DNA of 64,000 bases from Octopus vulgaris (GCA_951406725.2 OX597824.1:27032001-27096000), one strand, 5' to 3'; shown: positions 27,077 to 42,144, counted from the first letter of the stretch. Notes: generated by a model not told the origin, from the sequence alone. Numbers and translations are program-made.

Positions 27077-27167
<91 letters not shown>

Positions 27168-27219
27168 AAACATACAGACACTTACATATGGATGTATGTA
27201 TGAATATTTGTAGCTATGC

Positions 27220-27259
<40 letters not shown>

Positions 27260-27367
27260 AAATCTGTGTTTGTGCATGTATGTATGTACGTATATATATA
27301 CTTACACAGATACACTCGTAGACACATTAACTCAGATTCTGTGTGTGTTTGCATACACGTATACGCC

Positions 27368-27399
<32 letters not shown>

Positions 27400-27706
27400 T
27401 CACACACATTTATGAATGTGCGGAATGAGTGTATATATGATGTGCATAAATACTGTGTCCTGTCCGTGTGTGCGTGTGTGTGTGTATATATATACACATA
27501 TATGTATATATACATATATATATATGCATGTGCATATATGCTTATGTATATCAATATATACATATGTGTGTGTGTTATCTTTTAGTATATGTATACCTGT
27601 ATCTATGTATGTATGTATGTATCTATCTATCTAACTACCGGTCTCTCTCTCTCTATATATATGCATATGTTACACACACACACACGCACACACATACACA
27701 CACACA

Positions 27707-27741
<35 letters not shown>

Positions 27742-28422
27742 GTATACAATGGGCTTTATTCAGTTTCCGTCTACCAAATCCACTCACAAGGCTTTGGTCG
27801 GCCCCGAGGCTATAGTAGAAGACACTTGCCCAAGGTGCCACGCAGTGGGACTGAAACACGAACCATTGGTTGGTAAGCAAGCTTCTTACCACACAGCCAC
27901 TCCCGTATATATATATATGTTCATACGTACATACATATATATATATATATATACTGAGTTTGACATTTTCTATTTTTTCCCAAATTATGTACCTTAACAT
28001 ACATACATGCATACATCTATACATACATCCATGCATCCATACATCCATATATACATACTTTATATCCGACTAAATGTGGACGTGTCGTTAGAACGGCGCA
28101 ACTCATTATTCGGTGTTCTAACAAGACATCCACGTTGAGTTGGATTGAAAGATTACCCTTTGGTACTAACACTGGTTTCGTCGCTAATAATTACGTATAC
28201 GGTTATATTCGGCCACACACACACACATATACAGACACACACACACACTCATATACACATATACAAACTCTCTCTCACACACAAACACATGCACACACGT
28301 AAACATAGACACAAGCATCGTGGGTGTGTAGTTGTTGATATGAAACTAAACGTATCCATTATGGTCTCCAGGCTTCCGTGTATTTCTTGAACATTGCTCT
28401 GTCCTTCATTTCTTTTGCCTTG

Positions 28423-28466
<44 letters not shown>

Positions 28467-28717
28467 CTATCTCAAACCCACCCTTCTCTCATCTTCTTCT
28501 CACACACATATATTCACACACGCAGGACAATCACAAACACAATACACACACCACACACAAGATATATATAATATAAGCACATGTGTTACGGATATATGAA
28601 TATGTATACATGCATGTCTGGAATTCATCTGCGGGTGTGTTAGCATGTGTATATGATTGTTCATCGGAATGTGTGTGTGTGTGTGTGTGTGTGCATATAC
28701 ACACACTTATCTCACAC

Positions 28718-28793
<76 letters not shown>

Positions 28794-28860
28794 CGTGAAA
28801 AACCACAGAAAATTGTTGGTTATCTATCTATCTATATATATATATATATATATATATGCT

Positions 28861-28971
<111 letters not shown>

Positions 28972-29401
28972 GCATATATACACACACACACAACTGTCTT
29001 CGTGTCTTGTTCTCCAATAAATTTCAACTACATGCACACACACACACATGCACACACACACACATGCACACATGTTTTGATTTGTATTGTATTTGCATTC
29101 ATACATAAATACTTGTAAGTTTGGATGCATGTTTGTAAGTATGTATGTATGTATGTATGTATGTATGTATGTATGTGCGTGTGTGTGGCTGTGTGACTCT
29201 GTGTGTGTGTGCGTATGTGTGACTGCGTGTCTCTGTGTGTGAGTGTGTGTCTCTGAGTGTGCGAGTGTGTTCGCATCCTTGTTTATGGATTTTTTTGCGG
29301 CTAAAATGCGTGTGTGCAATTTCACTCGGAATCATCAATTTTCGCACTAAAACAAGTGTTCGATTGCATGTACACAAACATATACATACAACAACAAACA
29401 C

Positions 29402-29464
<63 letters not shown>

Positions 29465-29615
29465 TCATTTATACACGCATTCACATATATACTTGTATGT
29501 TCGCACGTGTGTAGTTAAAAGTATACGGGCACAAACATGTCGGTATTTTGATCATATACGTAAATATCTCTGACTGCATTCGAAAACATTTGTACGTAAG
29601 CGTATATATTTAAGT

Positions 29616-29695
<80 letters not shown>

Positions 29696-29753
29696 GTACT
29701 CAGAGACGGACAGGCAAATGGACTGGCAGACAACCAGACAATCAGACTGACAG

Positions 29754-29788
<35 letters not shown>

Positions 29789-29792
<4 letters not shown>

Positions 29793-29998
29793 CTTGTTTC
29801 AGTCATTTGACAGTGGCCATGCTGGAGCACCGCCTTTAGTCGAGCAAATCGCCCCCAGGACTTATTCTTTGTAAGCCTAGTGATTATTCTATCGATTATT
29901 TTGCCGAACCGCTAAGTTACGGGGGCGTAAACATACCAGCATCGGTTGTCAAGCGATGTTGGGAGGTCAAACACAGACACACAAACATATACACACAC

Positions 29999-30043
<45 letters not shown>

Positions 30044-30212
30044 TATATGCGACGGGCTTCTTTCAGTTTCCGTTTACCAAATCCACTCACAAGGCTTTGG
30101 TCGACCCGAGGCTATAGTAGAAGACACTTGACCAAGGTGCCACGCAGTGGGACTGAACCCGGAACCATGTGGTGGGTGAACAAACTACTTACCACACATT
30201 ACTCCTACGCCT
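29789..30212 (-). mobile_element. SINE family A, full length
   Basis: Reverse complement of the reference copy. Confidence 0.9.
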
Positions 30213-30354
30213 ATGTATATATGTATATATGTGTGTGTGTATGTGTATGTTCATAGTAAAATATGTATGAGAATACACACATACACACACACACACATAG
30301 GAGGGTATCTAATGGGAATATATATAGGTGTCTGTGTAAGTATATGTATGTGTG

Positions 30355-30445
<91 letters not shown>

Positions 30446-30633
30446 CCATCTATATATCTTTTAATGCAAGCAAGCGCTTGTGTCGTGCGTGTGTGTGGAA
30501 ACATTTTCGCTTGTGTCTGTGTGACCGTTTCTTGCCGTGGTCATTACCCCCAAACAAAATACACCATTAAATTCGGTAGCAGCAAGCGTTGCACTCACTC
30601 AGCAGCTGCACTAAGAATCCGGAATTTCGTTGC

Positions 30634-30666
<33 letters not shown>

Positions 30667-30821
30667 GGTTACTGCTGCTGCTGCTGCTGCTCTTGTTCTC
30701 GTAGTTGTTGTTGTTGTTGTTGTATTTGTTATATTTTTATCGTAATCACCATGTGTACAGGACGAGAAAGAAATGTGCACATCAAAACATCATTGATCGC
30801 TATTTATCGCTCGGTGTTTAC

Positions 30822-30857
<36 letters not shown>

Positions 30858-30923
30858 TATGGAATATGTATGTGCAAATTTGCAGTACATATGTTTACTG
30901 TTGTTCTCTAACACATACATATA

Positions 30924-31059
<136 letters not shown>

Positions 31060-31134
31060 TAGAAATATACAGACACACACACTCTCTCTTTCTCATACAC
31101 GCTTACAACACGCACACAATTACACACACATTTT

Positions 31135-31208
<74 letters not shown>

Positions 31209-31335
31209 ATTGAGAAACTCGCATATCTTATCGGGTGTGTATGTATGTATGTATGCATGTACGTATGTGTGTATGTATGTATGTATGTATGTATGTTTCT
31301 ATATATATCCATATACCTGTGATCGTGTATACCTA

Positions 31336-31410
<75 letters not shown>

Positions 31411-31455
31411 ATATCTATCTATCTATCTGTCTGTCTGTCTGTCTATGTATGTATG

Positions 31456-31506
<51 letters not shown>

Positions 31507-32031
31507 TTATCTATCTATCTATCCGTCTGTCAGTGTATCCATCAACCTGTCTGTCTGTCTGACTATTCGGCCGTTTGCTTGTGTGTGTGCCTGTCTGTCT
31601 ATCTGTTTGCTGCTATATGCTATGCATCTGTGTACATACGCGTTGTAGCTATGTATGAAGCAGGGTCGCGTGTAGATAGAACGTAGTGAACTCAACACGT
31701 GTGTATGGAACTTACACACACACACACATTTGCATATGTACGCACGTTTGTGGCCCTATGTGCGTATGTGTGTGTGTGTGTGTATGTGTGTGCGTGCGTG
31801 TGTGTGTGTGTGTGTATGGGTGAATGGACAAATGAGAGAAAAAAAAGCACTCAGTACATTTAGTGGCAGTTTACATGTATTGTTTAAAACACTTTGAATC
31901 GGTTCCTGGTGACATAAAGTTTCGCGGTCCTCTAACAAAAGCCCGTCTCTTTCAGGCTTAGATAACCGAATATATATACATACGCACGCACGCACGCACG
32001 CACACACTCACGCACGCACGCACACACACAC

Positions 32032-32094
<63 letters not shown>

Positions 32095-32895
32095 TATGCG
32101 AGTTTTTTCTCTCCGTTTTCTGTAAGACGCCACAGAAGCATTTTTGAAAGATTTACTAAATATTTCTCTCATAGAGTCCAATCCGTTAACTCACACACAC
32201 GCATGCACTCACACACATACCACGCACATGTGTGTATATGTGTAGCAGGTGATTTGCGACTTAATTAAAATACCTTAATTTCTCCGAATTCTAGATCTCT
32301 CTACTTAAATACTCTTGCAGTTATTATTTATTCAATTTCATGTGTCCACGTCTGAATCGGTTCCGTGCGAGGTAAAGTTTCGCAGTCTAAGTCAAGTTTA
32401 TATTTCTCTAACTTCTGGCAAGAATGCATGTTTGAATGCAATTTGCTCGCCAAAATCTCTGAATCTTTCGCTCTGTCTGCAGCATTTAAGGTTCAACAAC
32501 GTTGCGTTGGCATCAACTTTGCATTTAATAATTCCCATATTTACTCGTTTATGAGATGCATAAGTATTTTATACTCGATTTTAACTGTAAAAATCTGCTG
32601 GAAGGCTTATACATGGGGCAAAGCCTAAACGGAAAAAGAAATGTTGTACCGAGATTTAATACTAAATTTAGGACACGATTTATACACGTGTTTAACTTAT
32701 ATACTAGTAAATACGGTACGTGATCGATATAATAAAGTAGCAACCAAACACTGGATCGATTTAAAAATCAGCACCTTTTTTCCCCTTCATACATTGTGCC
32801 AAATTCCTGACCTAATATCAGTTTCAGAGACCAGTGTCAATAAAATGCAGTAAAACAAACTCGTAAAAGACTCGGACAAAAGTTACTTGAGATAT

Positions 32896-32948
<53 letters not shown>

Positions 32949-33349
32949 TGTGTACAGTGCTCAGGTGCACTACAACTCATCTAAAGTGTATATATAATCA
33001 GGTGTAGTTTCGGCGGATTTAGGACACGATTTAGGGGTGAGAATTTAAGTGGCAATCTGGTGAAATCTTTATCGCACCGGACAAATTTCTTAGCTGTGTT
33101 TCTTCTCGCTTTATGTTCTAAGTTCAAATACCGCTGAGGACGACCTCGACTTTTATCCTTTCGTGGGGAGATAGAGGTCTCGACGGTGTCATCTGTGTCT
33201 TTTATATTTAATTTATATTTCTAGATTTGATAAAACAAAGTACCATTCCAGTAATTGGAGTTCATATAATTACCCGTATCTTCGACCTAAAACTTATCTC
33301 TTTGTACTTAGGTCTAAAATCAATATTAATGTTATTATTTTTTTTTGAT

Positions 33350-33840
33350 GGCGGCGAGCTGGCAGAATCGTTAACACGCCGGGCGAAATGCTTAACGGTA
33401 TTCGTCTGCCGTTACGTTGTGAGTTCAAATTCCGCCGAGGTCGACTTTGCCTTTCATCCTTTCGGGGTCGATAAATTAAGTACCAGTTACGAACTGGGGT
33501 CGATGTAATCGACTTAATACCTATGTCTGTCCTTGTTTGTCCTCTCTGTGTTTAGCCCCTTGTGGGTTGTAAAGAAATAGGCATTTGTCTGCCGCTACGT
33601 TCTGAGTTCAAATTCCGCCGAGGTCCACTTTGCCTTTCATCGTCTCGGGGGTCGATTAAATAAGAACCAGTTACGCACTGGCATCGATGTAATCGACTTA
33701 ATCCTTTCCTATAATAGGAGGCCTTGTGCTTCCAGTAGAAACGAAGGCGGCGAGCTGGCAGAATCGTTAGCTCGCTGGACGAAATGCTTAGCGGTATTTC
33801 GCCCGTCGCCACGTTCTCAGTTCAAATTCCGCGGAAGTCA
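33350..33840 (+). mobile_element. SINE family B cluster: B1 joined at GG(C/T)AT to the body of a second B, followed by a third B head
   Basis: ...AAAGAAATAGGCAT|TTGTCTGCCGCTACG... at 33584; new head at 33746. An older copy lies at 33055-33330. Confidence 0.88.
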
Positions 33841-34597
33841 AAACGTATAGTAGTAATCAAACGGACGGAACGACATATATATATATATATATATATATTT
33901 ATTTATACATACACATGAATGTTTATGTGTGTGTATGTGTGTGTGTGTCTTTGTGTCTATCGTTTGTCCCCCACTACTACTTGACAACCGGTGTTGATGT
34001 GTTTACGTCTCCGTAACCTAGTGGTTCGGCAAAAGTGACCGATAGATTAAGTGACAGAAAAGTTCTTCAAGGCGGTGCCCCAGCATGGCCACATTCTCAT
34101 GACAAGTAAAAGATAACAGACAATGACAATTTATTTCCGTTCATTTTTGTAATCTTACATGTATCTTGCTTGTATTCATATATGCTGGAAATGCCACTGC
34201 GTGTAGGGATGTCTGCGGAATACTCAGCTACAAGCACGACACTATAGTTTAGAAGTAGTTCATGTTGATAGGACGGCGGCAACACGCACACACACATACA
34301 CACAGATACACACACACACACACACACACAGATGCACATACACACGCCATAGCTGGATTAACCATTTAGCAAATTAAGCACGTGCTTAGAGCATCGAGGT
34401 AAAGTGGTTGGGTGGTGGTGGGGAGGTACCAGCGAAATGGTAAATGGTTAACGGCACTAAATGAAATCATTTAAAACTTGCTCAAAATAATATTCGAAGT
34501 GGTTTATATATGATCGGAAATATAATTTCGAAGTGTTCTTGGTGTCATAGTAAGGGTCTGATGAAAGACTTTGCAATCAAAATAAGACAGAGAAAAA

Positions 34598-34734
34598 TAG
34601 CTTGCTTCCCAACTACATGGTTCTGGGTTCAATCCCACTGCATGGTACCTTGGGCCAGTGATTTCTTCTATAGGTTCGAGCCGACTAAAGCCTTGTGAGT
34701 GGATTTGATAGACGGAAACTGAAGGAAGCCCGTC

Positions 34735-34780
<46 letters not shown>

Positions 34781-35048
34781 GTAGCAGCTCTTTTCTCGCT
34801 CTGACTACTACCATTCTTTCTGCTTACACCTTGAGTGAGTCATACACGCACACACACACACACACACCGTCGCTTGACAACCGATGTTGGTGTGTTCACG
34901 TCCCCGAAACTTAGCGGTTCGACAAAGGTGCGCGATAGAATGAGTACTAGCCTTACAAAGAATAAGTCCTGGGTTCGATTTGTTCGACTAACAGGCGGTG
35001 CTCCAGCATGGCCACAGTCAAATGACTGAAGCAAGTGAAAGAATAAAA
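34598..35048 (+). mobile_element. SINE family A (5'-truncated); further degenerate copies at 33930-34115, 35225-35715, 9042-9350 and 60985-61170
   Basis: Colinear with the reference copy. Confidence 0.85.
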
Positions 35049-35192
35049 TTAAATATTCTTTTCCAGCTTAGTTTTGTTTCATAAAAAAAAAAAATAATTT
35101 ACTTTATGGTTTATTGTGGTTTGTGGGTACCAAAATCTCTTGAGTGTTTAGGGCCTCGATGGGTCTTAACCCGACCTGCACACACACACACA

Positions 35193-35227
<35 letters not shown>

Positions 35228-36106
35228 CTGTGTGGGTATGTGTTCGCGTAGTTAAAGTCCTCGCATTGTAACCACGTGGTTTCATGTTGAGTCCCACTGC
35301 GCGTCGCTTTGGATACGCATCTTTTACTGCAGCCCATGGACAGACTAATAGCTTCTTATAGGTGGGGAGTGTGAGAAAGCCCATGGCACGAGCGTGTGCG
35401 AGTGTTTGTATGTGTGTGTGTGTGTGTGCGGTACTGTGTTTGTGTTTGTCTGTCCTATCTCCGGCGCTTGGCAATCGATTTTAATTTGTTTCTGTCCCCG
35501 CAACTTAGCGATATGACAAAAGAGACCGATAGAATAAACTCCAGATATTTATTAAATAAATAAATAAATGAATAAATAAATGAATGAATGAATAAAGAAA
35601 TAAATAAAATAAAACAGCAATAGACACTGGGTACTAGAGTTGTTCCACTAAACCCTTCCGAATGTGCCCCAGCATGGCCGTAGGTCAATGAATTAAAAAA
35701 GTAGAAAAAAACAGGAGAGATATTTGCGTGCGTTCACACACACACATACATATATCTATATACCCGTACACAGATACATGTATATATACATACGTACACA
35801 TACACACACACCACACACACACATACATATGTAGATATACGTATATATACACACATGTGTGTGTGTGTGTCTGTGTGTGTGCGTGTGTGTGTGTCTATAG
35901 GTATATCCGTATACACGTACACATATACTCATACGTCTATCTACCGAGCAGTCAACTTGCTTGAATTAATATATATATATAAATGGAGGTGCCCCAGCAT
36001 GGCCACAGCTCAAGAGCTGAAACTGGAAAACAAACAAACATAACAACAGGAACAAGAGAAGAGAAAAAAAGGAAAAGAGTTATTCCTATACAAAAAAAAA
36101 AACTGT

Positions 36107-36500
36107 AGGTGTAGTGGATGTGTGGTAAGTAGCTTGCTTACCAGTCACATGGTTCCGGGTTCAGTCCCACAGCGTGGCACCTTGGGCACGTGTCATATAC
36201 TATAGCCTCAGGCCGACCAAAGTCTTGTGAGTGGATTTGGTAGACGGAAATTGAAAGAAGCCCGTCGTATATATGCATATATGCATGTGTATATATTTGT
36301 GTGTATGTGTCTGTCCCTAACATCGCTTGACAACCGATGCTGGTGTGTTTACGGTCCCCGTAACTTAGCGGTTCGGAAAAAAGAGAACGATAGAATAAGT
36401 ACTAGGCTTACAAAGAATAAGTCCTGGGGTCGATTTGCTCGACTAAAGGCAGTGCTCCAGCATGGTCACAGTCAAATGACTGAAACAAATAAAAAAGAGA
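36107..36500 (+). mobile_element. SINE family A, full length
   Basis: Colinear with the reference copy. Confidence 0.9.
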
Positions 36501-36971
36501 AAGAGAGAGTAATTTATCATTAAATTTGCAAATACAGCCTGTAAGCGGAACATTGAGAATGTGCAAGACTTCTTTAAAGTTCAACATATCAATATTTAAC
36601 GTTATTGTTGTTGTTATTGTTATTTAAATCCCATTGATGGAGCTTAATGCGAACTTCTTTATTAGATTTCCAGTTAAATATACATTTATGTGCCCCAGCA
36701 TGGCCACTGTATTTAGCTGAAACGAATAAAAGATATTAAAGAATATGATTTATTGTGGACATATCGACAAGTTCTGTTGACAGGTCAAATGCACGAAACC
36801 TGTAGATACGAGGAAAAGCTGTTATGGGAGACTGTACGCATTTCTGTTAAACATGTGTATGGCGCGCTTTCATATTTTTGCGTGAGAGCACAAACGTGCT
36901 GTGTTTGTGTGTGTGTGTGTTTGCCAGCACGTATGTATGTTTGTGTGTATATGTGTGTATTTGTGTGTGTA

Positions 36972-37307
36972 GAAGACGCATGGCTCAGTGGTTAGAGCGT
37001 CGAGCTTACGATCGTGAGGTTGTGAGCGCGAATCCCGGGCCGGGCTGCGTGTTGTGTTCTTAAGCAAGACACTTTATTTCACGTTGCTCCAGTTTACTTA
37101 GCTGTAGAAATGAGTTGCGGCATCACAGGTGCCAAGCTGTATCAGCTTTTGCCTTTCCCTTGGATAACACCGGTGGCATGGAGAGGGGTGGCCTGTATGC
37201 ATGGGCGACGGCTGGTCTTCCATAAACAACTTTGCCTGGACTTGTGCCTGGGAGGGTAACTTTCTAGGTGAAATCCCATGGTCTGTGTCGTGACCGAAGG
37301 GCGTCTC
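36972..37307 (+). mobile_element. SINE family C, full length (tRNA-Arg-like head, CORE-like domain)
   Basis: TGGCTCAGTGGTTAGAGCG A box, TTACGAT anticodon-like loop (ACG), B box remnant, and TGTGTTCTTAAGCAAGACACTTTATTTCACGTTGCTCCAG..CTGTAGAAATGAG CORE-like block. Possibly related to the published octopus OR SINEs (unverified). Confidence 0.88.
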
Positions 37308-37340
37308 AGATGTGTGTATAGATTATTTTTTCCGGACATT

Positions 37341-37655
37341 ATTACCCTGTGATGCTCCTAGATACATCATCGGTTGTAGTCTCTTGGAGTCATTGAGTAT
37401 CTCGGGTCTCTTCAGGCGACCCAGTCAGAGTTTGATTATTCATTTGCTTCTGTTGGGTAATCGCTCCGCATTTAGCACTGCTTCATTCAGGGCTCACCCC
37501 TTCTGATCTAAACCACCTTGGGACATCTTCTGCTGGCTCCATAGCCAACTTGAAAGTCTTATTCCTACTGGCCCCTGTCACATCCAACATGTTATTAGCT
37601 GCGCAGAGGCACTGGCCTGCGAACCCTTTGCATTTCTTCTCAATAGGGTCACACT
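37341..37655 (-). mobile_element. HERO-like (restriction-like endonuclease) non-LTR retrotransposon 3' fragment
   Basis: Reverse translation CDPIEKKCKGFAGQCLCAANNMLDVTGASRNKTFKLAMEPAEDVPRW.. resembles the HERO C-terminus CEPIEVGCRGFAGQSL...AAEKASRWLW. The 3' UTR-like blocks CTGGGTCGCCTG..GACCCGAGATACTCAATGAC..GATGATGT follow. Confidence 0.7.
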
Positions 37656-37944
37656 TTTCTTAGTATTCTTTGCTTCGGCCTAAATCTACCCCTTCTATGA
37701 GACAGATTTATAGCTACTTCTAGATAATCAATCGTCAGTACAAGTCGATACATTTGATCGATACGCATGGTGGTATGGTTACGAATCTAGCTTTGCAACC
37801 ACGTGGTTTCGGGTCCAGCCCCACTGCGCGAAACTTTGGCCAAGTGGCTTCAGCTATAGCCCCGGGCGGGTCAATGCCTTGTCAGTGAATTTCGTAGACG
37901 GAAACTGCGAAATCCCGTCGTATGTATGTATATATGTATGTATG

Positions 37945-37978
<34 letters not shown>

Positions 37979-38748
37979 TGTATGTATGTATGTATGTATG
38001 CATGTATGAATGGATGGATGGGTTTCAAATTTTGGCACAAGGCCAGCAATTTTGGGGGAAGGGGTAAGTCGATTTCATCGACCTCAGTACTCAACTGGTA
38101 CTTATTTTGTAGACCCCGAAATGATAAAAGGTAAAGTCAACCTCGGTGGAATTTGAACTCAGAACTTCAAGACCGACGAATGCCGCTAAGCCGATGTCTT
38201 AACGATTCAGCCGTGTGTGTGCGTGTGTAGTAGTCCTCTATCGTCGTTTGGTAGCCGGTGTTGGTTTGTGTATATCACCGTAACTTAGCGATTCAGCAAA
38301 AGAGATCCAATAAAATAAGCACGAGGAATTTATTTTTTTTAATATTTTCAATATATATATATATTTTTTTAATATTTTGCTTTAAAAAATAAATACTGCG
38401 GTCAATTTGTTCGTCTTGAAACCTTTCGAGGCAGTGCTCCAGTATGGCCGCAGTCCAACGACGCGTACATGCAAGCCATAAAACGAAGACAATGTACCTC
38501 ACGACAACAGAAGCCAGCAACACACAATCACACTCGCCACAGGCGGACACACAGACACAGAACGGTAGGGTGACGGAGATGTTTTCTACCAAGCAAATCT
38601 AATCATGTCTTCACTAGATACCACTTGAGTGCTTAATGTTATTGCTGACGTTGTTGTTGTTGTTGTCGCCGTCGTCCTTGGTGCTTTCTTTCTTCGTCAC
38701 CGTCGTTGTTTCTGGTTTTGTTATTGTTGTTGATATTCTTGTCACTAA

Positions 38749-39060
38749 GGCGGCGAGCTGGCAGAAACGTTAGCACGCCGGGCGAAATGCTTCGCGGTAT
38801 TTCGCCCGTAGCTACGTTCTGAGTTCAAATTCCGCCGATGTCGACTTTGCCTTTCATTCTTTCTGGGTGATAAATTAAGTACCAGTTACACACTGGGGTC
38901 GATATAATCGACTTAATCCGTTTGTCCTCTCCGTGTTTAGCCCCTTGTGAGTAGTAAAGAAATAGGTATTTCATCTGCCGCTACGTTCTGAGTTCAAATT
39001 CTGCCGAGGTCAACTTTGCCTTTCATACTTTCGGGGTCGATTAAATAAGTACCAGTTACG
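38749..39060 (+). mobile_element. SINE family B1 joined at GGTAT to the body of a second B
   Basis: ...AAAGAAATAGGTAT|TTCATCTGCCGCTACG... at 38969. Confidence 0.88.
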
Positions 39061-39084
39061 TTGTTATCCTCATTCCGTAAACGG

Positions 39085-39399
39085 TGGCTTTTAACGGGTG
39101 GAGAGCTGAACCATCCTGGTGTGCAGGGGATTCGCAATCTAGACTAGGTTCTGAAAGTTTACCACACCATAGTGGGTTACACCATGGTTCCTCTACTTTG
39201 TGACAGAAGTAGGAAGAAAGAGTGAGAGAAAGTTGTAGTGAAAGAGTACAGCGGGGTTCACCCCTGCCTCCGCCGGAGTCTCGTGGAGTTTAGGTGTTTT
39301 TGCTCAATAAATACTCACAATGCCCGGTCTGGGAATCGAAACCGCGTTCTTGCGACCGCGGGGTCCGCTGACCTAATCACTGGGCATTTGCGCCTCCAC
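39085..39399 (-). mobile_element. SINE family D with a third 3' region; head fragment also at 52822-52888(-)
   Basis: 39205-39399 is the reverse complement of the D head and body; the extent of the tail is uncertain. Confidence 0.75.
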
Positions 39400-39864
39400 T
39401 CGTGTTGCTGTTGTCGTTATTGCTTGTGTCATTGTTTATCTCCACTGTTACCGCCGTTTTTTTTTTCGTTTCTGTTTTTCTTATTGTTGTTGTTATTGAC
39501 GTGGATGCTGCGTAGCCCCAGGTCAACTGTTAACTTACCGGCCTATAATCAAAGGCAGAGTGGTCCAGATATGACAATTGCGTCTTTTTAGGTGCTGTTG
39601 TATAATCTAAATTCCGATTCAAATGAATTTCACTTCAATTTCTAGCAAATTGGGACTCCACAAAGGGGTCCCGTTTATTTTTGGTTAAGTTGTGTGTGTT
39701 TCCGTTTCTCATGTCGATTGTAATAGCAGCAGCAGTAGTAGTAATAGTCACCATCCTCACCACCATAATCATCACAGACTGCAGATTTAAGAATTTCGCT
39801 TTGCAACAGCAATGGGTTCGTGTTCAGACCCACTGCACTGCACCTTGAGCAAGTGCCTTCTACT

Positions 39865-40026
39865 ATACCTATTTCTTTACTACCCACAAGTGGCTAAACA
39901 CAGAGGGGACAAACAAGGACAGACAAACGGATTAAGTCGATTATATCGACTCCAGTGCGTAACTGGTACTTATTTAATCGACCCCGAAAGAATGAAAGGC
40001 AAAGTCGACCTCGTCGGAATTTGAAC
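39865..40026 (-). mobile_element. 5'-truncated SINE B1 nested in a family A copy (39778-40100)
   Basis: The host reads ...CTTCTACTATA| insertion |CGTCGGGTCAACCAATGCC. Confidence 0.85.
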
Positions 40027-40079
40027 CGTCGGGTCAACCAATGCCTTCTGAGGGAACTTGATAAACGGAAACTGCTTGG

Positions 40080-40121
<42 letters not shown>

Positions 40122-40693
40122 AGAGACCCCAGTACTCAACTGGTACTTATTTTATCAACTCCGAAAGGATGAAAGGTCAACAGAACTTCTGCGCAGAGCG
40201 TGAAGGACGGACGATATGCTGCTGAACGTTTCGCTTGGCGTGCTGACGATTCTACAAGCCCGCCGTTTGGACACTGCTATTTCGAGTCCTAGGGTCATAA
40301 TGCCATATAAGTGACCGAGATTACAACATCCATCCATCCATCCATCCTCCTAAATGGGACGCCAGTCCGTTGCAGGTTTGGGGAACTGAAACAACCACGA
40401 TTGTAAGATCGTAAGTGCCGATACCCAAATCACTAGGTTACATCCTTTCACTTATTGTCCTTCACACACTACACACACACTCACTCACGCCATGTATACG
40501 CGCGCGCGCGCACACACACACATACATATCCTATCCCACCGTATCTATGAAAGGTGGTCATGTAGTATGGCCATTTGTTCGTCCGTTGGTCCGTCCGAAC
40601 CGTCCGTTGGTCCGTCCGAACCGTCCGTTGGTCCGTCGCAACGTTACGCATTTACAGCTGAGTGATCTGGACCAAAGTGAACTCTTTAATCAC

Positions 40694-40881
40694 TCAGTCA
40701 TCTGACTGTGGCCATGTTGGAGCACCGCCTTCAGTCGAGCAAATCCACCTCCAGGACTTATTCTTTGTAAGCCTAGCACTTATTCTATCGGTCTCTTTTT
40801 GCCGAACCGCTAAGTTACGGGGACATAAACACACCAGCATCGGTTGTCAAGCGATGTTGGAGGACAAACACAGACACGCAT

Positions 40882-40930
<49 letters not shown>

Positions 40931-41096
40931 TACGACGGGCTTCTTTTAGTTTCCGTCTACCAAATCCACTCACGAGGCTATGGTCTGCCTGAGGCTATAG
41001 TAGAAGACACTTGCCCAAGGTGCCACACAGTGGGACTGAACCCGGAACCATGTGGTTCGTAAGAAAGCTAGATACCACACACCCACTCCTACGCCT
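40694..41096 (-). mobile_element. SINE family A, near full length
   Basis: Reverse complement of the reference copy. Confidence 0.9.
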
Positions 41097-41331
41097 GTAT
41101 TTTCTTTTCTTTTTTCTGATTTTTTTTTTTGCACAAAAACGAGAACACGCCCGCCGGTGCAGTATACGAAACCGCGATCATAAGATCACGAGCGAAACAA
41201 TCCATAACCACAAAGCCATATGGTGATAAGATAAACCAGACAGCTCCCTCCTTTATTCTTACACTAATTCCTAACTCTCCTTCCTTCTCTTATTTACGTT
41301 ACACTGACTGCTGTTCCGATAGTAGCAGCAA

Positions 41332-41369
<38 letters not shown>

Positions 41370-41498
41370 TTGTGGTTGTTGTTGTTGATGTTGTAGATGT
41401 TGTTCTGTCTGTTGTTGTAGCTGTTGCTAGCGTAACGATCATGTAACGATATCATTGTGATATCATCAGTGATAGCCTGATTTTATATATATATACAT

Positions 41499-41585
<87 letters not shown>

Positions 41586-42113
41586 AATAATGTTGTACAA
41601 AAATCTTAAGCAGCGTTTCATATCTCTAAGAAGAAAGAAACCACATGGCGCGATTTTAAAAACTCCTTTTTCCCATCTCCTCTGGTGTTCTTTCTTCCTT
41701 ACCCACTCACTCGCTCGCTCGCTCATTCATTCATTCATTCATTCATTCATTCATTCTTTCATTCATTCATTCAAACATTCGCTCACTCAAGCTGTTTCTG
41801 TCTGTGGTGTATATTGTTTTTGTTTGTTTCCGCTGTGAAAAATCTATACGTCTTTTGTGACTACGTCTCACTGTAGCATTCTGAGTTACACACATACACA
41901 GAGACGAAGAAACACACGCAGAAAACACACACGCGCGAGCGCGCGCACTCGCACGCACACATACTCACTCATTCATACTCTCACCCTAACTCCCGATATG
42001 TACACACACACACACACACATTCTTTGTTTTTCTATCGCTCATTCCCACAATGTATCTTCCTCGTGTTCTCTCTCACACTCACTCACTCAATCTCTGTCT
42101 CCCTCATTCTCCT

Positions 42114-42144
<31 letters not shown>

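Noticed and set aside
36972-37050. tRNA-like sequences (also 55505, 61797, 33350)
   Set aside because: They are SINE heads with broken cloverleafs that continue into SINE bodies, not tRNA genes.
40580-40640. Short tandem repeats as CRISPR-like arrays (also 16066-16113, 42797-42860)
   Set aside because: They are direct tandem duplications without spacers, in eukaryotic DNA with no cas genes.
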